64,000 nucleotides of DNA from Octopus sinensis (lineage: Eukaryota): positions 106,020,001 to 106,084,000 of the forward strand of contig NC_042999.1 of assembly GCF_006345805.1 (NCBI RefSeq), written 5' to 3'. The notes beneath the pieces are model-generated. The model had not been told where the DNA came from. It made no database searches and saw only the letters and a list, made by a program, of their open reading frames with translations. Made by a program: the position numbers and the translations under genes. Below are positions 40,414 to 53,666 of the stretch, piece after piece. Position 1 is the first letter of the stretch; each line of letters opens with the position of its first letter.

Positions 40414-42984
40414 GTAAACAAATGGGCATCATGGAATAAATTGCATTTGGTGAATATGCATTAATTGATCGGAGATTGTACCATGGCTTGTGTAGATGTA
40501 CTATGAGTGAGTTGCTTTGCACAAAAAAACGCAATTTATATATTTATTGTCATATCCACTCCTCCTGTCATTGACAGAAGCAAACTTATTGCAGAGGAAC
40601 GTGGCACTTGACTTCAAGAAATTTAAATTACATCCTGCAGTTTAGGCTGCAGAATTTCGATAATGCATTTATTTCCGACTCTTCCGCTACTTTGGCCAAC
40701 AATCTATTAACTCAGATATAGCATTGCTTTCTACTTAACACAATCAACAAATATTTGTGTAATTTTACTATTGATGTAATTTCTTTTTGTTTGTGATGTT
40801 GGTGATGGTGCATCTAATATCAATTTTCCTAAATATAGTTTTTGATTATGAATATTTGTTCTTTTTTTTATTTATTCCCGTCAACTTTTATTATAAATGA
40901 CAGAAACTGCATGCAAATAAAATCCATATTAGTTTAATCTTTCCACATGGCCTTACGTTTGTCATTTTTAATTTCCTTCTTACGATTTGCTCTGATTACC
41001 ACCACTGAATCTGTGTTACTTGTTTATTTCTCCGAAAATCGCAAGTTAAGAAACACATTAAATATGAAATAATAGGCAAATTTGTTGTTATAATGAGCAA
41101 TCATGAAACAGTTTTGATAATAAAAGATGACAACTGATTCCATATTAATGTTCAATTAATAGTTTTATTGAGTTTTCTGTTGCACATATTTACGTTTGTC
41201 TAAGCCTTACCACATTTTCTTTTATTTAAGTTTGTGCTCATTTACATTTAGGCTGGTAAATTTGACAGCTCTCCAAATTTTCCCCATTAGCATCCCGTTG
41301 AGAAGAAAATGTTATAAGGATTATTTATATATTTTTTCTTTGATAGATGTTAAATCAAAACTAAAAACATGAAAATTATTTAAATGAAAGCAGAAAAGCG
41401 AGAAATAAAAATAAGGTAATGCCAGTTGCAAAAAGAAAACAATGTAACAACTTCTCATTTGCAAATTCTGTCTCCAGATTTGACAGCCAATTTTATGGAA
41501 TAAAATGGATTTTAGCCAAAGCATGTATGTTCCTCAAGGAAATCTTGAAAATATGACATACTTTATAAAAAAAAGAATAGAGGTATAAAATATGTAGCGC
41601 TTACTGAAGTAATGATTTGTGTGAGCGGTTTAGCTTCGACAGTTCTAGATACAAATTAGCTACACAGTAGACGTTGCTTCCTGCACAAAATGAAACAATG
41701 CGTTTCCAATGTTCAGACTGTCCCTAAAATATAACATTAGCGGCCTAGAGGATTTGAAACTTTTCTAGTACCTCAAAGTATGGTGGTAATTTTCACTTCT
41801 TTTTGGGGATGGGTGAAATGATGTGAACTCAATAATGCATCAGTTCAAATTACTGTGATCATTGTGTGAGGCCTTAACCAGTTGCTTCATTTAATAGCCG
41901 TATGACTAAAAACTCACGCAAAAACTACAATCTTAAATTCTAAAATAAGATATTCGCAACTGTAATCATAGACGCAACATTTCAAAAAAAAAAAAGATTT
42001 ATCATATTAGAACAATTTTTCCCAAAGTAGATTTCAATCAGCGGTAATCTGAAATAATTCTTAAATATGATTACGTTAAGCATACACATTTTTTAATAAA
42101 CCTGAGCTATTTTACTTTTTTTTATTCTCAATATCACAAAAAACAAAATAAATCTCTATAGTAAGGTTCTATAAGATGATTATTAAAAGTATTAGGATTT
42201 GAACTGACGTTGAGTTTTCGACAGGCTGCAAACAAGCATATGATTCTCATCTTCCCAACGACAGAAACATTTTTAGACATGATAAAGGATCGACATAATT
42301 TGGTTTCACTTCTATGTCATCTGTCATTCATGTTCCATATATACTGGTAGCTAGAATCAATCTTCTAGTAACGCAAAGAAAACTATATTTTCGTTGGGTT
42401 ATCTGCGGGTGGAAATCCTAGCAGAAGCGCCATAGTTTCTTTGTGCCGTGAACTCAGAATGTACAGAGCAGGAACATTTATTAGAAAATATCCAGTATTA
42501 CCTTCTAGCAATTCAAGATATCTCTAATCAATCACTGGGAATTTGGTGAAGGGCAAATTTGACTACAAAGTTTCGGAGCAATTAATGCATCACACAAATT
42601 ATTTTCTCAATTTACCGGTTTTTTAAAGATGTATTATGTTATATTTCTTTCTGGTCTTAGTATATGCTAAAATTTTAAACGATGAGTAAATGCTAAAAGT
42701 ATCCATTGCTTGAAATCAAAATCTGTTGTTATGTATTCTGTTAATATTGATAAGAATGGCATTGATTATAGTGATTATTAAAATATTTACAAAATACAAA
42801 CTCCGTGGGCAATAAGAAAGCGAAAGTAATTTGATTTGACGTTGTGACAAATCTTTATTTTATGAATCGGCAAATACATAGTTAAACTATATTTTTAAGT
42901 AATTACATATGTGGGTGTAACATTTCTGCCACTCAGTTGCATTAATGTTAATGACTTATATTGATTGATATTCTTAATTTTAAA

Positions 42985-43217
42985 GCGGCGAGCTGGCAGA
43001 AACGCTAGTACTTCGGGCGAAATGCGTAGCGGTATTTTGTTTGCGTTACGTTGTGAGTTCCAATTCCGCCGAGGTCGACTTTGCCTTTCATCTTTTCGGG
43101 GTCGATAAATTAAGTACCAGTTACGCATTGGGATCGATGTAATCGACTTAATACCTATGTCTGTCCTTGTTTGTCCCCTCTGTGTTTAGCCCCTTGTGGG
43201 TAATAAAGAAATAGGTA
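42985..43217 (+). mobile_element. young tRNA-derived SINE, full length
   Basis: closely matches 55434-55668 over its whole length; conserved core gtcgactttgcctttcatcttttcggggtcgataaattaagtaccag. Confidence 0.92.
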
Positions 43218-43385
43218 TTTTGTCTGTCTTTACGTTCTGCATTTATATTCCACCAAGGTTAACTTTGATTTCATTCTTTTGGGTGCCGATGAATTAAGTA
43301 CCAGGTACGTACTGAGGTCGATCTAATCGACTGGCCCCCTTCTCCAAAATTGCAGGTCTTGTGCCTGGAGTAGAAAAGGCTATTT
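43214..43385 (+). mobile_element. second, headless SINE unit fused in tandem
   Basis: restarts at ggtattttgtctg, repeats the core and carries a different tail. Confidence 0.8.
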
Positions 43386-45477
43386 CTAATTTTAATAACA
43401 ATCCAAAGTATGATTGTTATTAAACCCAAAAAAACTGACAACGTGAAAAACAACAGTAAAATGAAAAAGGAAGAGCTGAAAAGGATCTTGGAAATAATAT
43501 AAAGTCTAACAATAGTATGATCCCTGTTTGTGAGATCGAAAATAATTGCTTCTCGCTCCGTATTGAATTATACGTGGAACCAATGCAAAAATTTAAGTAG
43601 AAAACGTTAGTCTCCGGTTCTACTTTGAAATGTCAAGCAGACAATAAATGTGAGAGAGAGAGGGCTAAGATGAAAAAATATAGAGAGTATGGAGATGGAG
43701 AAAAAAAGAACAAGAAAGAATGAAATCATGAAAGAAAACGAAAAGGAAAGCATAAAACTGCGTTTTGACAATGTATTTGCAATGTCTTTAGGGGAAAAAG
43801 ATGTTTTTCTCCCAAAATATATTCTGTAAGCTTTGCAATGTATTTGAAAGCCAATTTATTAATCTCTGAAAAACAAATATTTTGTTTTATTATGTTTTTA
43901 AATATATTTATTTTTGTACTTTCATTTAGTATTAAACACCTTTGTATTTAGCTATATTCTATGCCTGTTTGTATTTTATCGATAAACACGCCAATGCATA
44001 TATATGTGTGTATATTGAAACACTGCCACACATAAACACATGTACACACGTAAACATATACATACACACGCAAGCGGTTTTGTATATGCATGTGTTTCTG
44101 TGTCAATGTAGATATATTTATATATAATTTTGATATTCGTGTTTTGTGAATCTAATACTTTAGAAATTACAAGTTGCATTGTGAATAATCAAATTGTACA
44201 TACCGCATGTAGGTATTTTCTGTGAACATTAGCATAAATTGTGGACTGCAAATTAGGATGTAAAATTTTAAAAACTTTAAAAAGTTTATGTAACTGTTTA
44301 AATATCTCAAACCCTATTAAAATATATTTATTGCACGAGAAATACAGAAATAGATATTGATGCAGAAATATGTTTCTACATCAATATTTCTTTTCTGCAT
44401 CAATAAGACAATGGTAAAAACGTAAATGCATGCATTTCAAAGAATATCGCCAGATTTTGTTCTTAGTGGTGATTGCAAATGTAGGAGAACGTAATTGAAA
44501 CTATAAACGAAAAACTATAAGGAACGCGATTAAAGTTTTAAATGCCTATCTAAATGAAATGCATTGCAGAGTAAACTTTAAACTCAACAATGGCCTTCCT
44601 CCCTTGATTGAGAATACATCTATTCTATTGTAATCTTGAAGATTGTATATAAAGTGAAAATAGTAATGATTCATTCATATTTATGAACATATTGTACCCC
44701 ATAAAGCTATATGTGTAATACCGACACTAAACGCTTTTCAAAACTATATATTTAGTTATGTTTTCATCTGCTTTCGTAGCATATTAATTTCTAATGTGTA
44801 TACATGATTACATTTTGCAAGAATGATATTTCATGTTGTTCTGATTCAATAATGATTGATTCATTATTGATCTGACGATAAATTCTGGGTTTAACAAGTT
44901 ATGTGGAAGGTGTATTATTACTATGCATGTAACATATCTGAGGCAGACACAATGAGAAACATCACAAATTTCTCAAACCATTGTCCCAATATGCTGAAAG
45001 CCAAGCAAGAGCATAAGTGTGAATTGCCGTTATTATTCTAAGATAAATCTATAAATCACTGCCGTGACAATAGAAGATGCCAAGAATACAAATAGAATGT
45101 AATATTATGCAAAACGAAAGCCAATAAATGTATTTGCATTTATTTTTAAAATGTCGAAGATAAAATTTTCTTTAAAGCATGAAATAACAAAGAAGTAAAC
45201 TGCGAATTTTATTTTTCACAAGTTCTCAAATAGAATGAAATAAGTTAAAAATTAGCGATTTCGTCATGAATAAGATTTTATTGTTACATTTTTGTTCCTA
45301 TATTCAAATCATAGATTTAAAAGTATGGAATCTGAGTGGATAGCATTCAAGAGTAGACAATTTGAAAGACACATGTTCACTTGCTTTGAGTGATTAATTA
45401 GAGCAATTTCCTACTCATTCAAATTTGTCAATTTATAGAATGCACAAGTTTTGATAGACTGGAAAAAATGATATAGA

Positions 45478-45519
45478 TTATTATTATTGTTGTTGTTATT
45501 ATTATTATCATTATTATTA

Positions 45520-45610
<91 letters not shown>

Positions 45611-46480
45611 CATGCTCACACACATAGAAAAAGAGAATGAGTTGTTTAGAAAGCAATTACAAGCTACTTTAGTTAGAAGGGATGTTGTTTTCAGAGTGAC
45701 AACAAGAACTTTGCATAAGATATTGGCAGAATACATGACAGCATTTTCCTGTCAGTTGATAATACATATTTCATTTTCGGTATCCTTTAACCTCTGAGTT
45801 AGCAGTTTTGGTGCTGCACCAAATGCCTCAGATGAAGAGTTGTCACATATCTTTTCACAATCCAATCATTTCTCTGGCAAGATCCTAATATTCTTTTCAA
45901 TTTCTCTTCTCTTTTATCATATGATATTACAATCTCTATGATCTAAAAACGTTTGTCTTTGTTCTATGCAATCATATCTGTTCTCCATACTTCAACAGAA
46001 TGTAAGTAGCAGAATATCCTTTAATTCGCATTCCACATCATAGATTGGGCTCATGCTCATATGCCTAACATTCGAATACACTTTTTCCCCTATATATTCA
46101 CACTTCTTGTTATACTCTATTTTCACTAACTTACTGTCTTCTCTTAAGAAACAGTTAATATTTTCGTTTCCTTTTCACAAATTCTGCATTTATTCTCCGA
46201 TGTATGTTTATCATTATATGTTTATCAAATCCTCTTTAATTGTTAGTCTGTTTGCGGTAATGATTAGTATTTTATCTATCAATCACAAGCAATGTTCTTT
46301 AGAACCATCAGCCATAATATGTGGCATATATTCGCGATGAAATTCCTTCTATTTCCAGCTGTTTTGCTTCTGTCTTTCGTTGCTTTGTTTTTGTATACTC
46401 CTACTCTTTTCTTCTATAAGACGTTGGACACTTCTAGCTGTTAACAGGGTTCTTCTTTCGCTACACACAACATAGTTTTC
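45478..46480 (-). mobile_element. 3' end of an R4/Dong-like non-LTR retrotransposon running into (TAA)n
   Basis: rc remnants KCRICEKENENI (CCHC knuckle), R.DMI (PD motif), DLAREM, AFGAAPKLLTQRLK and YSANILCKVL (restriction-like endonuclease C-terminus); (AAT)n at 45478-45606. Confidence 0.8.
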
Positions 46481-47039
46481 TTTTCAAACACCGTTAAACT
46501 GATAGTTCATTTGCATTGTAATCTTTCCCAAAAGATGGCCAAAATATGTTTAATATACCAAAAATGAAGAAAATCTGAGAGTACTTTGAGATAAAAATAT
46601 ACCTAGAGTTATATTTGATGTAAACCACATGAGAAAACTTCTGCTAAAACATGCTTCCGTTGTTAGATTATTATATTAATTATCTTTTAATTTGTTGCTA
46701 TTATTTACAATTATATACTAATTGGTTTATATTATATACAAGCTTATATTTGCAACATGCTTCAAATTTACAAACAAAGAATCAAGATTTGTTTCAATTA
46801 TTAAACCAATGAAAATTTCTGTAATCAAAAAATCTAAATCTCAGATTGATCGGTAGATGGAATAATGCGTTTTTAGCACATACATCAATATATATTAATA
46901 GGTATTTCTAGATGTTTTCATTCGTAATCTTTACAGTTTGACCAATCAATTATTATTTTCTTACACATACGGAAATTTAGAAGCATTTCATATATATATA
47001 TATATCTAAATATGGTAATCGACGCCATGTTTAAAAGAA

Positions 47040-48080
47040 ATTGTACAATCGTTCTTAAGAGTTATTATATTATATAAAATATGTGTCTTGAAAGGCACAA
47101 CAATGCACTATAATAACAACAGTGGACTATAATAACTGTTATAATTAATCATCCATAGTCTTATATATTACTTCGGAATATAATTTTTTTTTCTTCAGAT
47201 ACCCACTCTACATGGTTCCTTGAGATATTGAAAACCAACAGGTACCCTATATCCATTGTAAATGACGAACACGCTGAACACACAGAAAACAACCGAGCAA
47301 CCCAATCAATACACACTAGTAAACTGTATCATCCGTGACACGGATTTATGCAAACGGGTACATATTGTGTATAGAATACAATGTAAAAAATACAACAAGT
47401 TCTATGTGGGTCGTTGCACATTCACATCAAAGAACATCTGAACACGAGAGCCTCCTACTTCAGAAAATATCTAGACAGATGCCGGGACACCGATAAAAGC
47501 ATAATTGTCACGTTTGAGGCCAAAGAAAGAAATTTGGGTAATCTAAGAATGAAGGAAGCTATCCTCAAAGTCAGACTAGGGCCCCAATTTAACAAGCTCG
47601 AGGTTGGCAGTCAATATATTATGTAGCTACATCTGAATGCATGTAGTTTCATTTTTGATAACATGCATATACTTTGTTTATAAATAAAAAAAACGGAAGA
47701 AGAGAAAAAAGGAAACTGCACGTATAATACATAACTTAGGAATAGCGCTACCGATGAGCCAGCACACACGAGCTTGAGGCATGGCCGCCGTTACTCACTT
47801 CTCATGAAGAATTTCAGAAGGAGCTTTGTGAGAACACTATAGAGACGTTTCAAAGAACAAAAAACCCTTGGAAAACCGATTACAGCAGTGACTCGATCAA
47901 ATCGTGGGGATATTTGAAGAAGCAATTTTTATATTCCGGAATATTATATTAGACTATGGACGATTAAATTATAACAGTCATTATTATAGGCCATTATTAT
48001 TATTATATTGCATTGCTGTGCCATTAAAGACACATTATATTTTACAAACAATACACAATGCTTAAAGCGAATTACAATAC
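47040..48080 (+). mobile_element. Penelope-like GIY-YIG fragment enclosed by ~140-bp inverted repeats
   Basis: VYRIQC..NKFYVG..LHIHIKEHLNTRAS..NLRMKEAIL; arms 47076-47205 and 47904-48044 are reverse complements. Confidence 0.8.
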
Positions 48081-48123
48081 ACTCCTATATTATATATTTG
48101 AAATAAAACCATAGCAGACCTAC

Positions 48124-48140
48124 ACATGACAGGCAAACCT
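48124..48140 (-). CDS. candidate 17-nt micro-exon
   Basis: aatgttttcttcag|AGGTTTGCCTGTCATGT|gtaggt. Confidence 0.4.
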
Positions 48141-48248
48141 CTGAAGAAAACATTTCATTGCTTCGTTTGACAGCCAGGTACAGTTTTTCTATGACATTTC
48201 ATTTCGGCAATTAAAACAATGTCTCCTCTTTTGTTCAGTATGACTTAC

Positions 48249-48267
48249 CGATCAATATTTCCTTTCT
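48249..48267 (-). CDS. candidate 19-nt micro-exon
   Basis: strong donor TCG|gtaagt 108 nt upstream of the next acceptor; own acceptor weak. Confidence 0.3.
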
Positions 48268-49653
48268 CTATTTAATTAGTTAAAGGTCAAAAGCCACTTA
48301 AATACATTTTCTCGAGCAAATCTATGCAATGTAGGGAATACATTAGCATTCGTCTCGTTTTACATCCCTATTATTTCCTGGTCCTAAATATGACATTTTT
48401 ATTTCTAATGTTGCCAAGCGTTGACTAACCTAATTACTACCGCGTGGGATAAATTGCTTGATGATATTTGTTTCTGTTTTTAATTTCTGCTTTCAAATAC
48501 TGCCGAGGGCAAAGCGATTATTCGCGTAAATCATCGAACTGCTTAGCTCTGATAATATAAAGAATCAGTCAATTAATTAGGTAGAAGTAATCAATTACAT
48601 CAACATTTTAGCTTTGTAAGTATTCCACAAATTATTGATCACCAATTATTTTCACTGTAAAATATTTCAAAAATATAATACAGTAGAAAATACGTGAGTC
48701 ATCAAATTTCGTTTTGTATAGTTTTATGAAATTTACTTGGCAGGATAACATGTATAATGTAGAATATCGAGAGATAATTAGAATAAAATGCGATAATGAA
48801 GTATGTTTTCTTTGTCTTTACATTGTAGATTGATGAATTTCAGAGATTATGCAAGTAAACGAGTTTTTTTCATGATCACACTATCATAAGCTTTGTGCTG
48901 ATAAAATGACTTAACTTTTTATCTTGGACAATTCTATCAGTCGTAATTTACTATTTAGAATCTAACTTCAAACACAAACTCAGATGAATTATTTATCAAA
49001 TAGACTAAGACTTGATAAAACTAAGATTCATAAATCCGGTATTTGATTTTTCTGCTTCCTTGCGGCGAACATATACAGTTTTAACCACAACAATATTGCA
49101 CCTGCCCAACTCACTTGTATCAGATGTTATGTAATAATAAAAGCAATTTTTTTCTCTTATCCTTTACAGTGTAAATGTCAACAAATATCAGTTCTTACTA
49201 AGCATCACAAAATAGATACAAAAGCAACACTGAAGAATTATAATAAAAATTAGAAAGACATTTCGTAAGTCTCTATCTAAAATATCTTCAGGGGAACTTC
49301 TCATTCAAATTTCTCTTTGTAGTTTAAAGAAATTTCTGACTACAATATGTTGACCTCAACAAAGGTTTGACATTTTTACAAAGTTTTCTGTGATGCTTTC
49401 AGATATAGCGTTCTGATTGTAGTTATGCTTGTACTGGATATATTGTACTGGATATGTTTAATCAATAAGGGATGTTGTGCGAGGCATGTATCTCACTAAG
49501 AGATGAAGTGCAGTCGCTTCAAGGTGAAGTTAACTGATATCTTCTAGGATAAGTTGGTTAAGTTTGTGTATCCAAGCACTCAGCTGCCTTTAAAATATTT
49601 TAATGTCTCTTATGAAATGATCACCATTATTGCTTTGAAACTGCAGATATGTT

Positions 49654-49686
<33 letters not shown>

Positions 49687-49975
49687 ATCTCCCTTTCTGT
49701 CTCATTCCCAATATGATATGTCTCGTACAAATGGCGCGTTACCATACTAGAAGTATATGGATATCCTAGTAAATAAAGATACCATTATATGAAAACGGGA
49801 ACAGTATGAGTGCTATCTCTTTACCACAACTGTGACTCGAATCTACTTGAACATGCGTAGTCTGTGGCTAAATGATAGATGAAAAATGTTTCACCACCGC
49901 CCATGCTTTCACAGATGTTCCTCCCATTTAAATATGCTGCAAAATAGCAAATTTCAGATTCTTCATTGAACTTAC

Positions 49976-50034
49976 CTGATGTTCATATATCGCTGCAGTT
50001 TTTGTGAACGAAACTTTAATTTACTCGACTTTTT
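49976..50034 (-). CDS. candidate exon with a perfect donor
   Basis: CAG|gtaagt; acceptor position uncertain; open as KKSSKLKFRSQKLQRYMNI. Confidence 0.35.
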
Positions 50035-50087
50035 CTGATAGTTACACATTTGGATTATATACGTCATACTACTTAAAAAAAGTAAAA

Positions 50088-50413
50088 ACCTCCTTCGTTC
50101 ATAAATGATCATGGGATTGCACCTACAAAGTTACCCTCCGAGGCACAAGTCCGGTTAAGGTTGTTTATGGAAGACTAACAGTCGACCAGGCATAACGGCC
50201 TCTCCTCCCCGCACTACCGATGTTATCCAAAGGAACGGCAAAGGTCGGTGCAGTTTGGCACCAATAACGTAGCAACTATTTTCTACAGCTAAATGAAGTG
50301 GAGCAACGGGTAATAAAGTGTCTTGTTCAAGAACCCGGCACATAGCCCGCTCCAGGAATCGAATTCGTTACCTAATAGTTGAGCCCGATGCTCTAATCAC
50401 TGAGTTATGCACC
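50088..50413 (-). mobile_element. tRNA-related CORE-type SINE (same family as 10038-10359)
   Basis: rc shares aaacaacctt...gtgcctcggagggtaacttt..ggtgcaatccc tail and the CORE-like segment. Confidence 0.85.
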
Positions 50414-51863
50414 TTCATCTCAGCGATATGAACTCACTAAAAGTGAAGCACCAACGATCATTTTCCTATTCAGCACATACACCTGTGGTTCCTTTATCTT
50501 AAGATAGATTTATTGTTCATCCGTCCCTCAACTTCATTAATAGCTTTCTCGTCAGCTTCACTATTAAATATCGGTTATTCATAGGAATAGGATGTCTTCG
50601 AGCATGTGTGTACATGTGCGCGTGCTCGTGTGTGCATGTGTGCGTGCATCTGTGTGTGCACATACATGCATACATACACATGCACACACACATATATGTA
50701 TACTATTGTTTTACGTTTAAGCATATACCTTCATATACACACAATTTTTCACGATCGGTTTATATGAGATGTGTATTCGTATATACAAACGCAGACTCAT
50801 ATACAAATATGTGTTTAGAATAATGCATATATTAGCTCTTGTAGATGCCCAAATACTCGCAAGCATGCACACATTCCTTCATAAATACACACATATGTGT
50901 ATAAACACACATACACATAGATACACACACACTTACAGAGATGTGAATACACACACGTGCCTAAATATATAACATAATAAAGTTAAATATAGGATTGGCA
51001 TTAAAATTCAGAGAATGTAACGTAAAATATAACTTTATAGCGCAAAAAGAATTAAATATTAATGTATATAATACGATGAAATAAAATAACGTATAAATAA
51101 AAGGATGCTAAATTAAAATAAATGAAAATATATAGGTGAACGTGGGTTAAATTCTAGATAGAAAATTAAAGTATAACTGCAACGTATCTTCATTTGTTAG
51201 ATAGGTAGGTGATTGTTCATTGCTCTAAGGACGTTATAATGTAGGATTATAGATTAAAATATAAAATCAAATGTAAAGGCTTTTAAAAAACTGTAATGCA
51301 AAAAGGAAGAAACATGGGTTTTAACGTAGAGTATAACGCAGAGTATATCAAACGTATAAAGGTTCATATATAGTATGGACGCAGAGTAAATTATAGGAGC
51401 TAGATTAGAAGGTTTGGTTCTACTAATTATGTCCCAGCTCACTGCATATTTTTTATTGTTCCTTTTTCATCGTCCCAAAATTTGCTTGAACTCATAATTA
51501 TTACTCTTGTTTCTATGCCTAAACGTAAGTTCGTGACTGGCTATTCTACGTTTGATAAATGTTTCGCTAGCACCAACATATAAATATAAATGACCTTCTG
51601 GTAATGCCTTACACTGTTTCTGTAACTTTGCAGTTAGATTCTAACGGGCATAATCTATTGGGTACACAATCATATTCCTTGTATCTAACTCTTTTTTCTT
51701 TATCTTCTTTCTCTATCTGCTTATTTCTGTTGATGCTTGCTCCTTTTAACTCCTAATTTATAATCTCTGTTTTGACTTTCGAGATTTTGAGTATCGCTTT
51801 CCGTTAAAACTCATTACATCTTCCTTTTTGCATTTGTTTACTATCTTTGTTATGAATACTTAC

Positions 51864-51917
51864 CTTCTCATTGCCCCTCATTTTAGCGTTTGTGTTAACC
51901 GGTTTTGATCCTTTCAT
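51864..51917 (-). CDS. candidate first coding exon (MKGSKPVNTNAKMRGNEK)
   Basis: ATG after an in-frame stop, strong donor AAG|gtaagt, phase 0. Confidence 0.25.
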
Positions 51918-52148
51918 GGGATTTTACTGGTTGTTTTCCTTCCATCGTTTCCTTTATTAAATTTATGTATATTAGAACACTTATTTCCTTATCATTAAAT
52001 AATATATTTACGTTATAATTCATCTTCTCGTAGAAAACATTTAACCGTTTCATGTTTCGTACTGCAATTATTTCTGATATGTTTTTCGAATTTGAACAAG
52101 CATTTCTTATCCTAAGTGAATGCATTTATGTATGTATGTATGTATGTA

Positions 52149-52200
<52 letters not shown>

Positions 52201-52373
52201 CTATCTGGTTTGCAAGATTCTTTATGTGATTTAGTGTGTTAAAGCAAATTTTGTTGTGTCTATATTTGCATGATGACAATGACTAGATAAAACAATATTT
52301 GTGTATGTGCCTCTGAGTGTGTGCGCGTATGTGTTTATGTATAAGTGTACATATATATATGTATGTATATATA

Positions 52374-52416
<43 letters not shown>

Positions 52417-53666
52417 ATATGTATGTATGTATGTGTATGTGTGTGTGTGTTTATATGTGTATATGTATGTATATATGTATGAGGACATGAGATTCTACAT
52501 ATATATTCATATAGACTTTCGTAATTATATTTAGATATATACGAGTATATTTAGAATCTAATCTTAGGTTTTGCATAACGCTGTGATACATATATATCTC
52601 TTCTTAGATACAGTTCTTTCCTTAAGCATTGTCCTTCAACGTACAGAATATTATTAACAGTAAAAATAGGTTGCCTTTACTATGGATTACCAATGAGTTA
52701 CTGGAGAGAAAATCGAACTAAAATGTGCCGTCACCTCAAGCAATTAATTTCACAGATAATAAATTTTCTCTTAGAATAATGGGGAAAATTAATTAAATTG
52801 CCCGATCAGATAATTTTCAATGAAATTCAATGACCTAAAGAATTTTCATGAGTAGAGTTGAGAAATTACACGATATTAGGATATAAAAATGCACATACAT
52901 AAACTGTGAACTATAGTTATTAGAGAGAATAAATATATTGCTCTAATGAGAGAGATTTTATTAAAAGATCCTTAAAACTACATAAAGAATGTCAGAGAAG
53001 ACAAAGAAAGCTTGACAGTTCTAAAAGTGAAGGTGCTTTAAAATACGTAACCAGTGGTAGTTATAGGTAGGGAAATGAAGGACGAAATAGGATATTCTTA
53101 ATATGATGGTGACAAAGATGCTGGCTTTATGCAGAACAGAGGGAGAAAATATAAATGAACAAGCGAAACGTATTTCTTTTAAATTTAGTGGGTATATCGT
53201 CCAATTGTAAGCTAATAAAGCTGGCTTAATAGGTTGTTGACGTAGTTCTGAAATTTAGTCCTTAGCAATTAGATATCCTGATTCGATCCATTTCTCAATA
53301 AATATTATCATACAATCTATAGATATATAATAGCCGTCAGTATCAAATTATAAATACCAACAAGATGAAGAAACAATAATAATAATAATGTCACATTTTG
53401 GCAAAATGGTAAATAATATACTGGGTAATACACACAGAAGGGACATATATGCTCTTACATATTATTCATATGAGAAATAGATATAGATAAATAAAAATAA
53501 AAATAAAACAAATAAATAAATAAATATAGAAGTAGATAGAGAAATAAATAAATATATATGTCACATACCTGTGATAAATATAGTTAATAGAGATAGATAA
53601 AATGAATAAATATACCCATATAAAGGTATGGATACAAACAACATACGGAGCGAACACCCCCCCCCC

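Noticed and set aside
41211-41252. Minus-strand exon-like segment with GTG|gtaagg donor
   Set aside because: Stops in all frames
47748-47895. Possible hammerhead remnants in the PLE 3' region
   Set aside because: Core halves (CCGATGA; gaaacgtc on the opposite strand) cannot be assembled into one fold
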